Positions 12,501 through 24,500 of a stretch of DNA of 64,000 bases are shown in pieces. The notes below the pieces were generated by a model. The model was not told the origin of the DNA, ran no database searches, and saw only the letters and a list, made by a program, of their open reading frames with translations. The stretch covers positions 248,001 through 312,000 of the forward strand of contig JBEUKZ010000016.1 in the NCBI GenBank assembly GCA_048128005.1, in the 5' to 3' direction. The number at the start of each line of letters is the position of its first letter. The stretch's first letter is position 1. Origin of the DNA: Veleropilina oligotropha. Its lineage: Eukaryota. Both the position numbers and the translations under genes were made by a program.

Positions 12501-15500
12501 AATTAGTTGAAGGCGCCGCTTAATCATGGTTATGAATAGACGTTTAATGTGCTCGTTAAGTGCAATTATACCGGCATGCAAGGCGACATATTTTTGCGTC
12601 GTCATGATGTAGATTTCAAAGCACGGTCACTTGGCTTCAGATATTTGACCAGAGCACACGTGGGATTTACCTCTGCAGAGAGCATCAGGTATAGTATAAT
12701 ATTGCAAATATATGTTGTATTTTAACGACATTTCTGTGATATAATATTTAAATAGCTCTCGGTGTTCGTTTCAAAGTAAAGCAATGGAACATCGTTCATA
12801 TGAACAACAGCATTATATGGAGTATTGCCAGATTCTTCTGAACGTTAAACGTTTATTACATTTTCTTCATTTGGGTAACGAAATTAATGTGCTTGAAGTT
12901 TGTTGTCAGTGCAAAAATGTTGTCTACGCGTTAAAATAATTAATATTTTCTTTTCAGTGTCCAAGTGTACTAGAATGGACTCGTCCGCAGATAAATGTAC
13001 CTCTTTGGATTATATAGTGCGTTAAACATGCTTTCCTCATTTTCTGGAATGGAATCGTCCATAGCATGGAACTAATGCACATAACGCTTGTTTAATTGGT
13101 ATTTCAAGCAGACACAATGATTTTGCAGCAGTGGATTCGTGAAAAATATTCTACAGTTAATACAATGGAAACGTAGGTCAAAATGGATTAATACGTAATA
13201 TTTTGAGAAACGAAAATAAGTAAATATATTGTTAATAACGTAACAAAATGTATTGGAAATAAAGTAACAAATTTAATCATAACAATACCGTAATAGTTAT
13301 ATGCCACAATACAACAACGTAATAATTATGTATTATGATCTACATTATATAGCAACATAATACAAAAATATCATATCAAAACACCCATTGCGACCGTTGG
13401 TGTAGCTCTGCATCTGTCCAATGATTGGGCAAGTACGGGTGGCGGGAAAACGAGGTCACTCAAGGACATTGACGTTGACGTGCTATGAAACGAAGGCACT
13501 AGATATGGTTATTCTACATGGTCAGCACGTGACGTGATGTAACCAATGAATGGACTAGAATGTTGTTGGAGGCAGGATAAAATGCATTATTATCCATCGC
13601 TTTGTTAACGCCGTTTCTGATTGGTCGAGAGGCACCGCACCCCCCTCCCATAACAACCGATATTATACAACTGAAACCCATATTTGACGAGATCTGACAA
13701 GCGAGATGTCATTGGACGAGAAGGATTCATATTCGACGAGAAGATTTCATATTGAACAGAGGGGAGTAACTCTTAAAGGGAGTAACTCAAATCATGTAAA
13801 CACAATAATACGGATCCGAAGTATACTATTATACTTCAATGTAATTACATTAAAATGCACAAAAAATATGTATTCGTGATAGTGATGCATTTCTACATAC
13901 ATACCAGTGAATTCTTTGGTTATTGTAATTAATGGTTTTAAGCGCATTTTATTCACGATGTGAAACATTATTTTATGCCTGCCAAGGAAAGTATCCAGAT
14001 CCCCACACAGTGAAAGTGACAGAAGGTCCGTGTCCTCAAAAATGTTTACGATTTGGGCACGTGCGCCGCTCGTATACAGTTGACGGCATAATACATAACT
14101 TATTTGGGCCCTGAAATCTGCATAACAGAATATGTCTCGTGTCAAATCGAATCGCAGCTCTTCATCCAGAAGTTTTGCGATAATGCACGCAACTTTCAGC
14201 TATAGGGTGACAATTTTAAATTTTTATAGTCTATTTGGGAATAAAAGTTATGAAAGTAAGTGGTAGGCCTAAACTGTACGAAAGTGGTTCATATTATGCA
14301 ATTTGAATTGAAATGGCATATTGAGCGACCACGATTCCCAATAGGCCTAAACATTTATATGCAATTAATGCAGAACTCATTATTGGATTAATTTGTTAGA
14401 TTACCAAAATACAGATCTAAACCTATATGACACCGAGATGGATAATAAAAATGTCATTATACATTATTGTGTACAGCATGTGTTTATTGTACTCGTTTAG
14501 GTTGTGGCGAAAAGCGATATTGAACTCGAGGCTTCGCGTCTCGTCCAATATCACTTTTCACCACAACCTGAACTCTTACAATAAATCCACATACTGTACA
14601 CAATAATGTATAATAAATTTATATTATTTCTTGACCTCGGGTAAAAATAGCCACTGATTTGAATAGGTACATCGACTAGACGATTTTCTACGGTTATTAA
14701 ATATAAAGTAGAATATGGTGGGGAAGAGTTGAAGGATGTACCGTCGTAGCTTAATGGAAGATCATAGATCTCAGGTTGCAGTTATTTGGGTTTCATTCTC
14801 GTCTTGGAGATTTTTCAGGTGAAATGAACCAACACCAGGGATGCAAAACTTTTGGGAACTTGTAAGGTCATATAATGTAATATTCATGAAAATGTGCTCA
14901 GCACATGGTTCAACATTATAAAACCACACTTGTACATTTAAGTGATATCACAGTGCCTTTGTGAATAATTATATAGCTTTCCTAGACATATCACACCATG
15001 CTGTGGAATCGAGAGTAATAGTTGAGTAAGATCTGACAAAGTTTTAATAAAGACTATAAGGTAACTGTTATAACCAAATAATTGGAAATCAGCATTTATT
15101 TTATGGATGCATTTGACCAACAATGTTTCAGAGACAAGCCCTGGAGCAGACCCTAGATAGCATTCAGAAGGAGGTCACTAACATCAGCAGTGAGAGGGCT
15201 GAAGCGATTCGGCAAAATGCTGTCATGGAGACAAAGATCACAGAAGCTCAGGTGATTAAAGATGGCAACAGTAGTAACAAATTTCTGTTTGATAAACATA
15301 AATTAGTTGGTATAAATCGATCAACCAATTGGAATCATTCTGTGCTCATAGCCTTCATATTTAGACACATAGTTCTGTACTCATGTCCTTGATCAACCAA
15401 TCAGAACTATTCTATACTCGTACCCTTCTGATTTAGATGCATTATTCTGTACCCATAATCACGGCTATATATATATATATGCCAAGTCTGGTTTAGCTAT

Positions 15501-18500
15501 GAAATACAATACGATGTGAAATCATGATTATTTTTTTTACCCGATTTTATCATATTAGTGGACAAGTTTGGAATTTTCATAATGGTAATCAGGAGTAGAC
15601 ATGCCACCTTAGCAAGACTATGCGGTGGGTAGTTTGATTGAGAAGCCGCACTGATAGCCAAGTTGATAAGAGTGTGTATTCTGAATTCTCTCCCTTGACT
15701 GCTCTGTTGGTTAGAATCCTCGGGGGTCACTCTTTTAGTTAACATTCACAGTTGGCCATAACTGACTCTGATCGTTGAGGGCTGATATTCCCCACTCTGT
15801 TAGTTAACATTCACAGTTGGCCATAACTGACTCTGATCGTTGAGGGCTGATATTCCCCACTCTGTTAGTTAACATTCACAGTTGGCCATAACTGACTCTG
15901 ATCGTTGAGGGCTGATATTCCCCACTCTTTTAGTTAACATTCACAGGTGGTCATAACTGACTCTGATCGTTGAGGGCTGATATTCCCCACTCTTTTAGTT
16001 AACATTCACTGTTGGCCATAACTGACTCTGATCGTTGAGGGCTGATATTCCCCACTCTTTAGGTAACATTCACAGTTGGCCATAACTGACTCTGATCGTT
16101 GAGGGCTGATATTTCCCACTCTTTAGTTAACATTCACAGTTGGTCATAACTGACTCTGATCGTTGAGGGCTGATATTCCCCACTCTTTAGTTAACATTCA
16201 CAGTTGGCCATAACTGACTCTGATCATTGAGGGCTGATATTCCCCACTCTTTAGTTAACATTCACAGTTGGCCATAACTGACTCTGATCGTTGAGGGCTG
16301 ATATTCCCCACTCTGTTAGTTAACATTCACAGTTGGCCATAACTGACTCTGATCGTTGAGGGCTGATATTCCCCACTCTTTTAGTTAACATTCACAGGTG
16401 GTCATAACTGACTCTGATCGTTGAGGGCTGATATTCCCCACTCTTTAGGTAACATTCACAGGTGGCCATAACTGACTCTGATCGTTGAGGGCTGATATTT
16501 CCCACTCTTTAGTTAACATTCACAGTTGGCCATAACTGACTCTGTCGTTGAGGGCTGATATTCCCCACTCTTTAGTTAACATTCACAGTTGGCCATAACT
16601 GACTCTGATCGTTGAGGGCAGATATTCCCCACTCTTTAGTTAACATTCACAGTTGGCCATAACTGACTCTGATCGTTGAGGGCTGATATTCCCCACTCTT
16701 TTAGTGAACATTCACAGGTGGTCATAACTGACTCTGTCGTTGAGGGCTGATATTTCCCACTCTTTAGTTAACATTCACAGTTGGCCATAACTGACTCTGT
16801 CGTTGAGGGCTGATATTCCCCACTCTTTAGTTAACAATCACAGTTGGCCATAACTGACTCTGATCGTTGAGGGCTGATATTCCCCACTCTTTAGTTAACA
16901 TTCACTGTTGGCCATAACTGACTCTGATCGTTGAGGGCTGATATTCCCGCACTGTCCTCGTACGATAATATGGCATGACTGCCCTGATTCACAGGAGTGA
17001 GTTTGAATCCTCGGATGCCTAATTTTGCAGTTAACAGGCACAGTTGTCCATACATGATGTTTTATCCCTCTGAGAGCATTACAGTTAAAACATGCAAGAT
17101 GCTCTATGACTTACATAAAACCAGCCATGTCCCCACTCAGGTCAGCAGGATGAACCGAGGCAGATTAAATATATGCTCATTTCCTTGCCCAAGTGAAATC
17201 TCAGAGACATCAATCGCAGTCTTCACATGCAGAATCCTGTGTATTACTACACGTATCATTATTTCTGTTTGTAGCTTGTCGCAACGAGACTGGAGAGTGA
17301 TCTACAGGTTGAAAAGGAGAGAAACAAGCAGCTATCGGACAAAGACGATGCCCTGCGGAGCAAACAGGCATTTCTGGAGTCTAAGCTAGAAGAGCACGCG
17401 AAGGAGGCAGTACGCCAAGACAAGATGCTGGAGCTCGTGAAACAGGAGTGCAGCCTTCAAGTGCAGAGCAAGGTATGGTATAGCCAAGTTGTATACATGT
17501 ATTAATACACTATTATGTAGGGCTAATTCAGGTGGCAGACTAGGTTTTGAAGGTAGAGCATTGCTCTATGTTCACTCATTCTGACTGTGTTGGATCCACA
17601 AGGCTTAGTGTGGGTTCAAGACTGAATAAAAACATGCACAGTGGTCCTTAACTGGCAGAGGGTTGTGGCTTTCACTTGACATTCCATGCTTTTCTCCCAC
17701 GACGTGACATAAACCGTCAAATATAATATTATTTTCTCTTGATAACTGATCTTTCAACTCATTATCTATCAGCATGCAAGATCAATCAAATCCATTAAAA
17801 TCGGATAAAATATTATCTCAATCCTATTATTTCATTTTATTTGAAATTAAATTCGCTTTCCTTTAACTTGTACTATGGATTTCCACACAAAAGGTCACCT
17901 AATATTACTGACCAACCAGAGCACTCTGGGAGACGTACGTATCAAGGGTCCACCCACTTTGGCAATGATGTGGCTTTGTCCAAATAGAATAGATGTGTTT
18001 CTTACAGACACGAGTGAAATTATTAAAATGTTGTCATAAAGCTAAGACTGATTTAAATAAAATTTACACCATTCTTTTAGTAACTTAGTATACATGTACA
18101 TGCACTATAATGAATCTTGAATTGTGCTAAGTTTAAATGCGAGTCACAGTAAGTAATTACCTTATGTTATACCTTACAGGTAGCTCTTGTCGAAAAGGAA
18201 GAAAGAGAGAGGTCCGACTCACATCTCGGTAATCTAAGCACTCAGTTGAACTCTATCACTGACAAATACACCAAGGCCAGCATTGATCTCGAAATGGGCA
18301 GAGCACAAGTAGAACGTTGTAAGGATCAAATTCAGAGTCTGTCGGAAAAACTTGAAGCATCAAAAATACAGTTAACATCGGCCCTCGGTGAAAAACATCA
18401 CGTTGCAGGCAAACTGGAAGATCGCACTTCAAATATAAAGAGATTGACGGAAGAAAGAGATAATTATTTTAATATGCTGGAAAAACGGACAGAAGAGCTG

Positions 18501-21500
18501 GCGAACATTCAGTGTGATCGAGATAAGTTGAGTGTTCAGTTAGAGGAGAAAGAAAGAAACAATGTAGTGCTTAGACAGCAATCCGAAAATATTTCTCATA
18601 TGATTGAAATGAGCGAGAAATCAAGTGGCAATATGCGAGACGAGAAAGACAGTGTAACAAAACTTTTGCACGATAAAACAGTTGCTCTAGAGGAATTAGT
18701 ACGCACCAGGGATATTATAGGTAAAAAGTTAAAACAGAGAGAAAAGCGAATTCGAGAGATTGAAGTGGGCCAGCAGAATCTTACGGAAGAGTGCCAACTC
18801 AAAGGACAAGAAGTGGAGGTGTTAAAGCAGGAAAAGTCTAACTTGTACAAGGAACTAAAACAAAGTCGTTATGATGTGGCTAATCTGACGGAGGAAAGAG
18901 ACAATCTAAGACGGTCTCTGGAAACACAACGTAACGACTTGCAAAAAGAGATTACTAAACTAAGAAGCAAATTAAAAGGTACGATTATTTCGTTTAAAAT
19001 TATAATGGTAATAAAACTAAAACTTTCAAATCAAACACTTTATACTGAATAATGAAAAGGTATTAATGCTGATTGCGTTTTTGGTAAACATCTTGGTACA
19101 CCAGAGGAACCAACACAATACACTTGGCTTCAAAATTGTTTCGCACTACCACTGCACAACGAGGGAAACAGAAAAACTAATGCTCTCATGTTCATAAGCT
19201 ATATATTAAACTCTTGTAAGCGCATTTGCTATTGTGTTGATGGAAATTTATTTTACCTGTGAAATTTTATATATCGATGAAATAATGCTATTCCTCCTGA
19301 AGCAGGTCGAACAAAATATTGTACTGTATGCAACTGCTTAATAATTTTCCATATTTTCTAGGTGCTGATCAGGAAATAAACATGGCACAAAAAGCTATAA
19401 ACACAAAAGACTCTGTAGACAGCAAAGGTAACTGCACCAGTATGTATGACATGATGTCTTATTCCTGACAAAGATTGGACAAATCCACCTATTCAAAAGA
19501 CTTTTAAATGTGTGTACAATATTGCCATTTACCAATATATATTTTATAATTTTCAAGCAAGGTAAGATTAGCATTCAAGATAAAAACTGACTTTCATGAT
19601 TAAATTTGTTAATTAGTTGTCTATCAAATTAATATGTGTACATACCAACGCAGGCATCATCTGGTTATCCATCCAAAGTATTCCAAGTGTAATCTAATAT
19701 TCAGCATGATGTGTTTCCGAATTTTTGTATGGTACTGGAATTAATGTTACTTGTAGCTGTTAAGGTAGCTGATAAAATGCAGAAAGAAGTTACGGCTAAG
19801 CGAGGTGAAGTGGACCGGCTTCGATCCAAAGTGAGAGTAATGGAGGAAAAGATGGACACAGTGGCTAAGGTAACGTAACGCTAATGCAATAGGCGCAATG
19901 AAGTTTTGATGGTATTCTCTACCATAACTATGTTGAACTCAAATCAGGCCCTTAAAATGGGATTTAACGCCATTTAATCGGACACTTTCTGTATGTAATC
20001 TTTTCATAAAGTTATGACGGTTTAGATTTTCATATCTAGAAATAAAATGTAAGATATATTAATAAATGTTGTTAATGTCGATATTGAATTAAAGAGCACA
20101 CCGTTTACTTTCTATATTGACATTTACATCCTTTATTACGATATCTGAAATTTTATTTCCAGATATGATAATCTCTAAACCATCATAACTTTATGCAAAT
20201 AACACATACAGAAAGTGTCAGATTAAATGGCGTTACATCCCAGTTTACTGGACTGACTTGCGCTCAGCATCTTTAATAAAATAACAGTTCATTAGCATTT
20301 GTTGTACAATGGTCAAATAAATCGGTGATTAATAATTAATTTCTGTGTTAGTCTGAATGAGTACGAGGTTTATTTTTTATTCTACCACATTATGAAATGT
20401 TTAAATGTTACTATTACTTTTAAATATGTTGTAGGAGAGGGGCACATATGAATCCACCTGCACCAAGTTGAAGTCGACCCTCAGCAAGACAATGCACCAT
20501 GATGAGCAACTGAGCAAGGAGTTGGATGAGCTACAGCGGAAAAACCGAAGACTAAAAGACCACGTTAGCAAACTAGAATCAGCTCTTGAAAAGGTGAGAT
20601 ATTTCAACCACATTTGAGGGTAATACAATAAAATATTCACCTCAGTTAAAACAAACCTCTGAAAACTTTGCTGAAGTCAATACCTATTTAAACCTCTGAA
20701 AACTTTGCTGAAGTCAATACCTATTTAATATTTAAATAATGCCGAAATTGGTGTTTTTGGACCTAGACATTTTGGTTCAAGTTTTTCATTGGGCTTATAT
20801 GGTTGCTTAAGGCTCTTCTTTGCATACATGTGCATTGGTAGTGGTTATATGGATGCCTGCTGATACAATGGCACTGATATTGAATGGAATTTAATATAAT
20901 TAATGCCTGAAATTAGTGTTTGTGGACATAGAAATTTTGGTTAAAGTTTTTCAATGGTCGCATATGTGTTGCTTAAGGCTCTTCTTTGCATACATGTGCA
21001 TTGGTAATGCGCATATGGATGCCTGCTGATAATGCCTGAAATTGGTGTTCTTGGACAATTGGACGAATATGGCTTGCTCAAGGCACTTTTTGCATCCTTA
21101 TGCATTGGTAATGTGAAAAACATTAATATTTTTCTGAAAGCTCTATGTTGAAATCATGACAACGCAATTTCAACTTTTCTGAAAGCTCTATGCTTTATTT
21201 CAGTAATATGTCGTCATTCAATAATTTATTAATATAATCTTTTGTTGTAGGCAGCCATTAAGAATGCATCCTCTAAAAATCAGGTTGAAATGTCGGAACA
21301 AGAGCTGGCCAGATTGAAACTCAAACACCAGCTCGACATCAAGGTGAGAGTGGTGAATACCTTGTTAGCACTCGGATTGCTCTAATCATACACACCATTT
21401 TATTTATGCATATAATTATCCCCTGCGGCTTCAGAAGGAAAAAGCCTAAGGGGATATAGGGATAGCCTCTGTCCGTCCGGTCACACTTTTGGTTAAATTT

Positions 21501-24500
21501 TTTGGATGTGATATTATATGCATTTAATGGATGAATAACTCGATCAAACCTATTTTGATGGAAAGTAGACATGTTTAGCCTTTAGTTGGAACCAAAAACA
21601 AAAAGATGTTTTATTTATTTTGTGAAAAAAGAGCACTTTGAACATAGACATTTTTCGGTTAAAGTTTTTCTTTTGAGTGTATATCGATTGCTCAAGGCAC
21701 ATTTTGGCATGTAGAAGCTTTACTAATGGTTATATGGATGTGACATGATACTCTGGCAATGATTTACATTATATTTTATATAAATAATGCATTATATTCA
21801 TGTTGTGGGATATAGAAATTTAGTTAAAAGTTTGCGGTTAAAGTTTTTCAAAGAGTGCTTATTGATTGCTCATTGCACTTTTTGCTTTGTTGCTGGCTAT
21901 ATTGGTGTTAGCTGCTAGCCTGGCAGTGATATTGAACAACATTTAATATAAATAATTTGTGAAATTGATGTTTTTTATATAAAACTTTGAGCTAAATTTT
22001 TATTATTATTGCGTATAGGTTTAGTAAAGCACTTTTTTAATGCATATACTTTGGTATTGGCCATATTGACACTACCTGCTATTCTGGAAGTGATATTTAA
22101 TAAAATTTAAAATAAAATAAAATGTTTTTTGACATAGAAATGTAGTAAACATTTTCAGTTTAAGTTATTCAATTACCGCATATTGATTGATCAAGACATG
22201 CTGTTGCAAGCATATGCATTGGTGTATGCTACATAGTTGTTACCTGCTATTGTTACAGTTATATTGATTATAATTTATTTAAATATTCTGTGAAATTTTA
22301 TTTAAAGTTTCTGGTTAAATTTTTTTCAGTGAGTGCATATAAGTTGAATTTGTGATGCTACATGCTGCTCTGAAAGTGATGTTGCATTCATTTTAACACA
22401 AAACTGTGTTAAATTGGTGTATTTGGACATATAAATTTTGATTAATTTAACACAAATAATGTGTTACATAATAATGTGTTACATTTGCAAGTTTGAACAA
22501 AGTTATTCAATTAGTGCATGTGGGCTTCTCAAGATATATTTTATACATGGTTGATAGATCTAGGGATTAAAGCTCAATTTCAATCAAAAATATCCATACC
22601 ATCAAAACATTGTACTAAATCTATTTTTTGCAAATATTGAAAATGCTTTACTGTTGGGATACCGCTATATCGATAGCACTTGTTTATAAATAACAAAGCT
22701 GCAATATCTGGTGGAACCCACACACCTCAATTGGTTATCGCTTCCAGTGACAGATAAATCTAGTGTCTTCATGTCTAACATGTCTAACACTCTGGAGACC
22801 CAGTGCGGTCAGGCTCGTGTATTGACAGCTGTGCTTTTACCCCTGATTCAACGGCAGTCTTTGTGCTTTGAGATACCATGAGACATGATTTAAGTCATGG
22901 CTTTAAAAATTCTCTCTGCTGGTTAAATCCCACTTTACTGGACTCAGCATCTTTAAGATTCAAGGTTGACCATGACAACTGTATTTATCTGTCTATCTAC
23001 ATGTTTCTTGTATTTTGTAGGAAATCGAGAAAAACACTCATTTAAGTACTCAAATGCATGCAATAGAATCCATATCGGCAAACACTACTCCATCCAAGAG
23101 TGAATCTGAGAAAATCTCTGACTCGATGAAGCCAGCAACTTTGAAACAGGTGATCAGATAATATATTGAAATGATGTCACATTATATTTGCATTATTAAA
23201 CACTATTTAATGTTTGTTATTAATGGAGAATACATATGCTTCGGCCTACGTTTGAATCATGTTGAACACACTGGTTTTCTTCAGGTCAGGAGTATTGCGT
23301 ATGTTGAGTGCAGTCCGTGCTTTAATAGGTGACTAGAATACTGAGCAACATCTTGTGTAGTATCGTGGAATATTTTGAAAGGACTTGTTTAAATTTGTTA
23401 ATATCTTAATTAATGTTTTTATAATATTAATAGCGCATTGGTGTTATTTAGGAAAATGACAATCCTTACAAGGAAGTTGGTGAAGAGATGAAAGGTCTGT
23501 TGCGTGAAATGCATCAGATGATGGCAATTCAGAATTCAGCAGCCCATTATTCTGTCAACGATGTCCCGTATCCTGTGAATCCACTGTTTACAAATAAAGA
23601 TAATTTGAGGCCAAGCCAGACAGCTACCCCACACAAGTAAGTGCTTTGATTGAACAAAATTGTAGAAATCATATGGAATTGCCAATAACGTAACACGGCT
23701 GGCGAAATCGCTTCAACCACTTTACGACCTTGGTCGTACCAATAATTTTGTAGACAAATGAATCTAATTTTATAAGAAATATACACACGTTTGATGAAAA
23801 TGACTCATTAATTAATATCGCATTTGCAGCCTTGGAACGCAGGAGAGGCCATTTCATGGCATTAAGTACTTACTAATATTTTCGTCTGCGTCGTACCAAA
23901 AATTGTTTCCTTCCGCCAGGCCTGCATAACATCTCTCAATCAATTGGATCCATTCTGCACGTACAAAGTGTCAATCTAAATGCACTATACTCGTAGCCAC
24001 AGCCTTTTAAGTTTATTTAGTATCAATATTATATGAGAAAAGCCTTGAGTGAACAATTTCTTGTCAACAATTTTCATATTCTTCGAGTTAATTATAAATC
24101 ATGACATTGTGTTATTTGATTAACATTGATGTTCTCATTTTAGCCCATCAAACCATATCCAGAATCCAGATGATTTCTCTCTGTCCAAATCTCTAACACG
24201 GCTGGATGACACGTATCCGGCATTTTCAACGGTTACTGGTGAGTTTTTGCATCAACTACCTTTACACTATCAGTTGAACATGAGCACGAAGCTGATGCAC
24301 TACAAGTTGATAGTTTTTTCTACATCGATCTTGTTGAATGCACGGTTCACATGAGATCTCCATAGTTAAAGCAACGTTGTGCCCAATCAGTGATTGGGTG
24401 ACCATGCTTTAAACTACTTGGATGCTGAAGACAAAACTGTCTTAATGGATACGGCCGCTTCGGCAGTGCAGTTGGCAAGAGTGTCCACTCTAAATTCACT

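Noticed and set aside
14720..14810. tRNA gene-like segments (also ~25760, ~33960-34030, ~62485-62550)
   Set aside because: Only degenerate A/B-box heads with no complete cloverleaf; interpreted as SINE remnants.
15729..16953. CRISPR array interpretation of the 63-65-bp, 37-bp (58060-58320) and 29-bp (58824-59258) arrays
   Set aside because: Units are contiguous with no unique spacers, there are no cas genes, and the context is eukaryotic intron.
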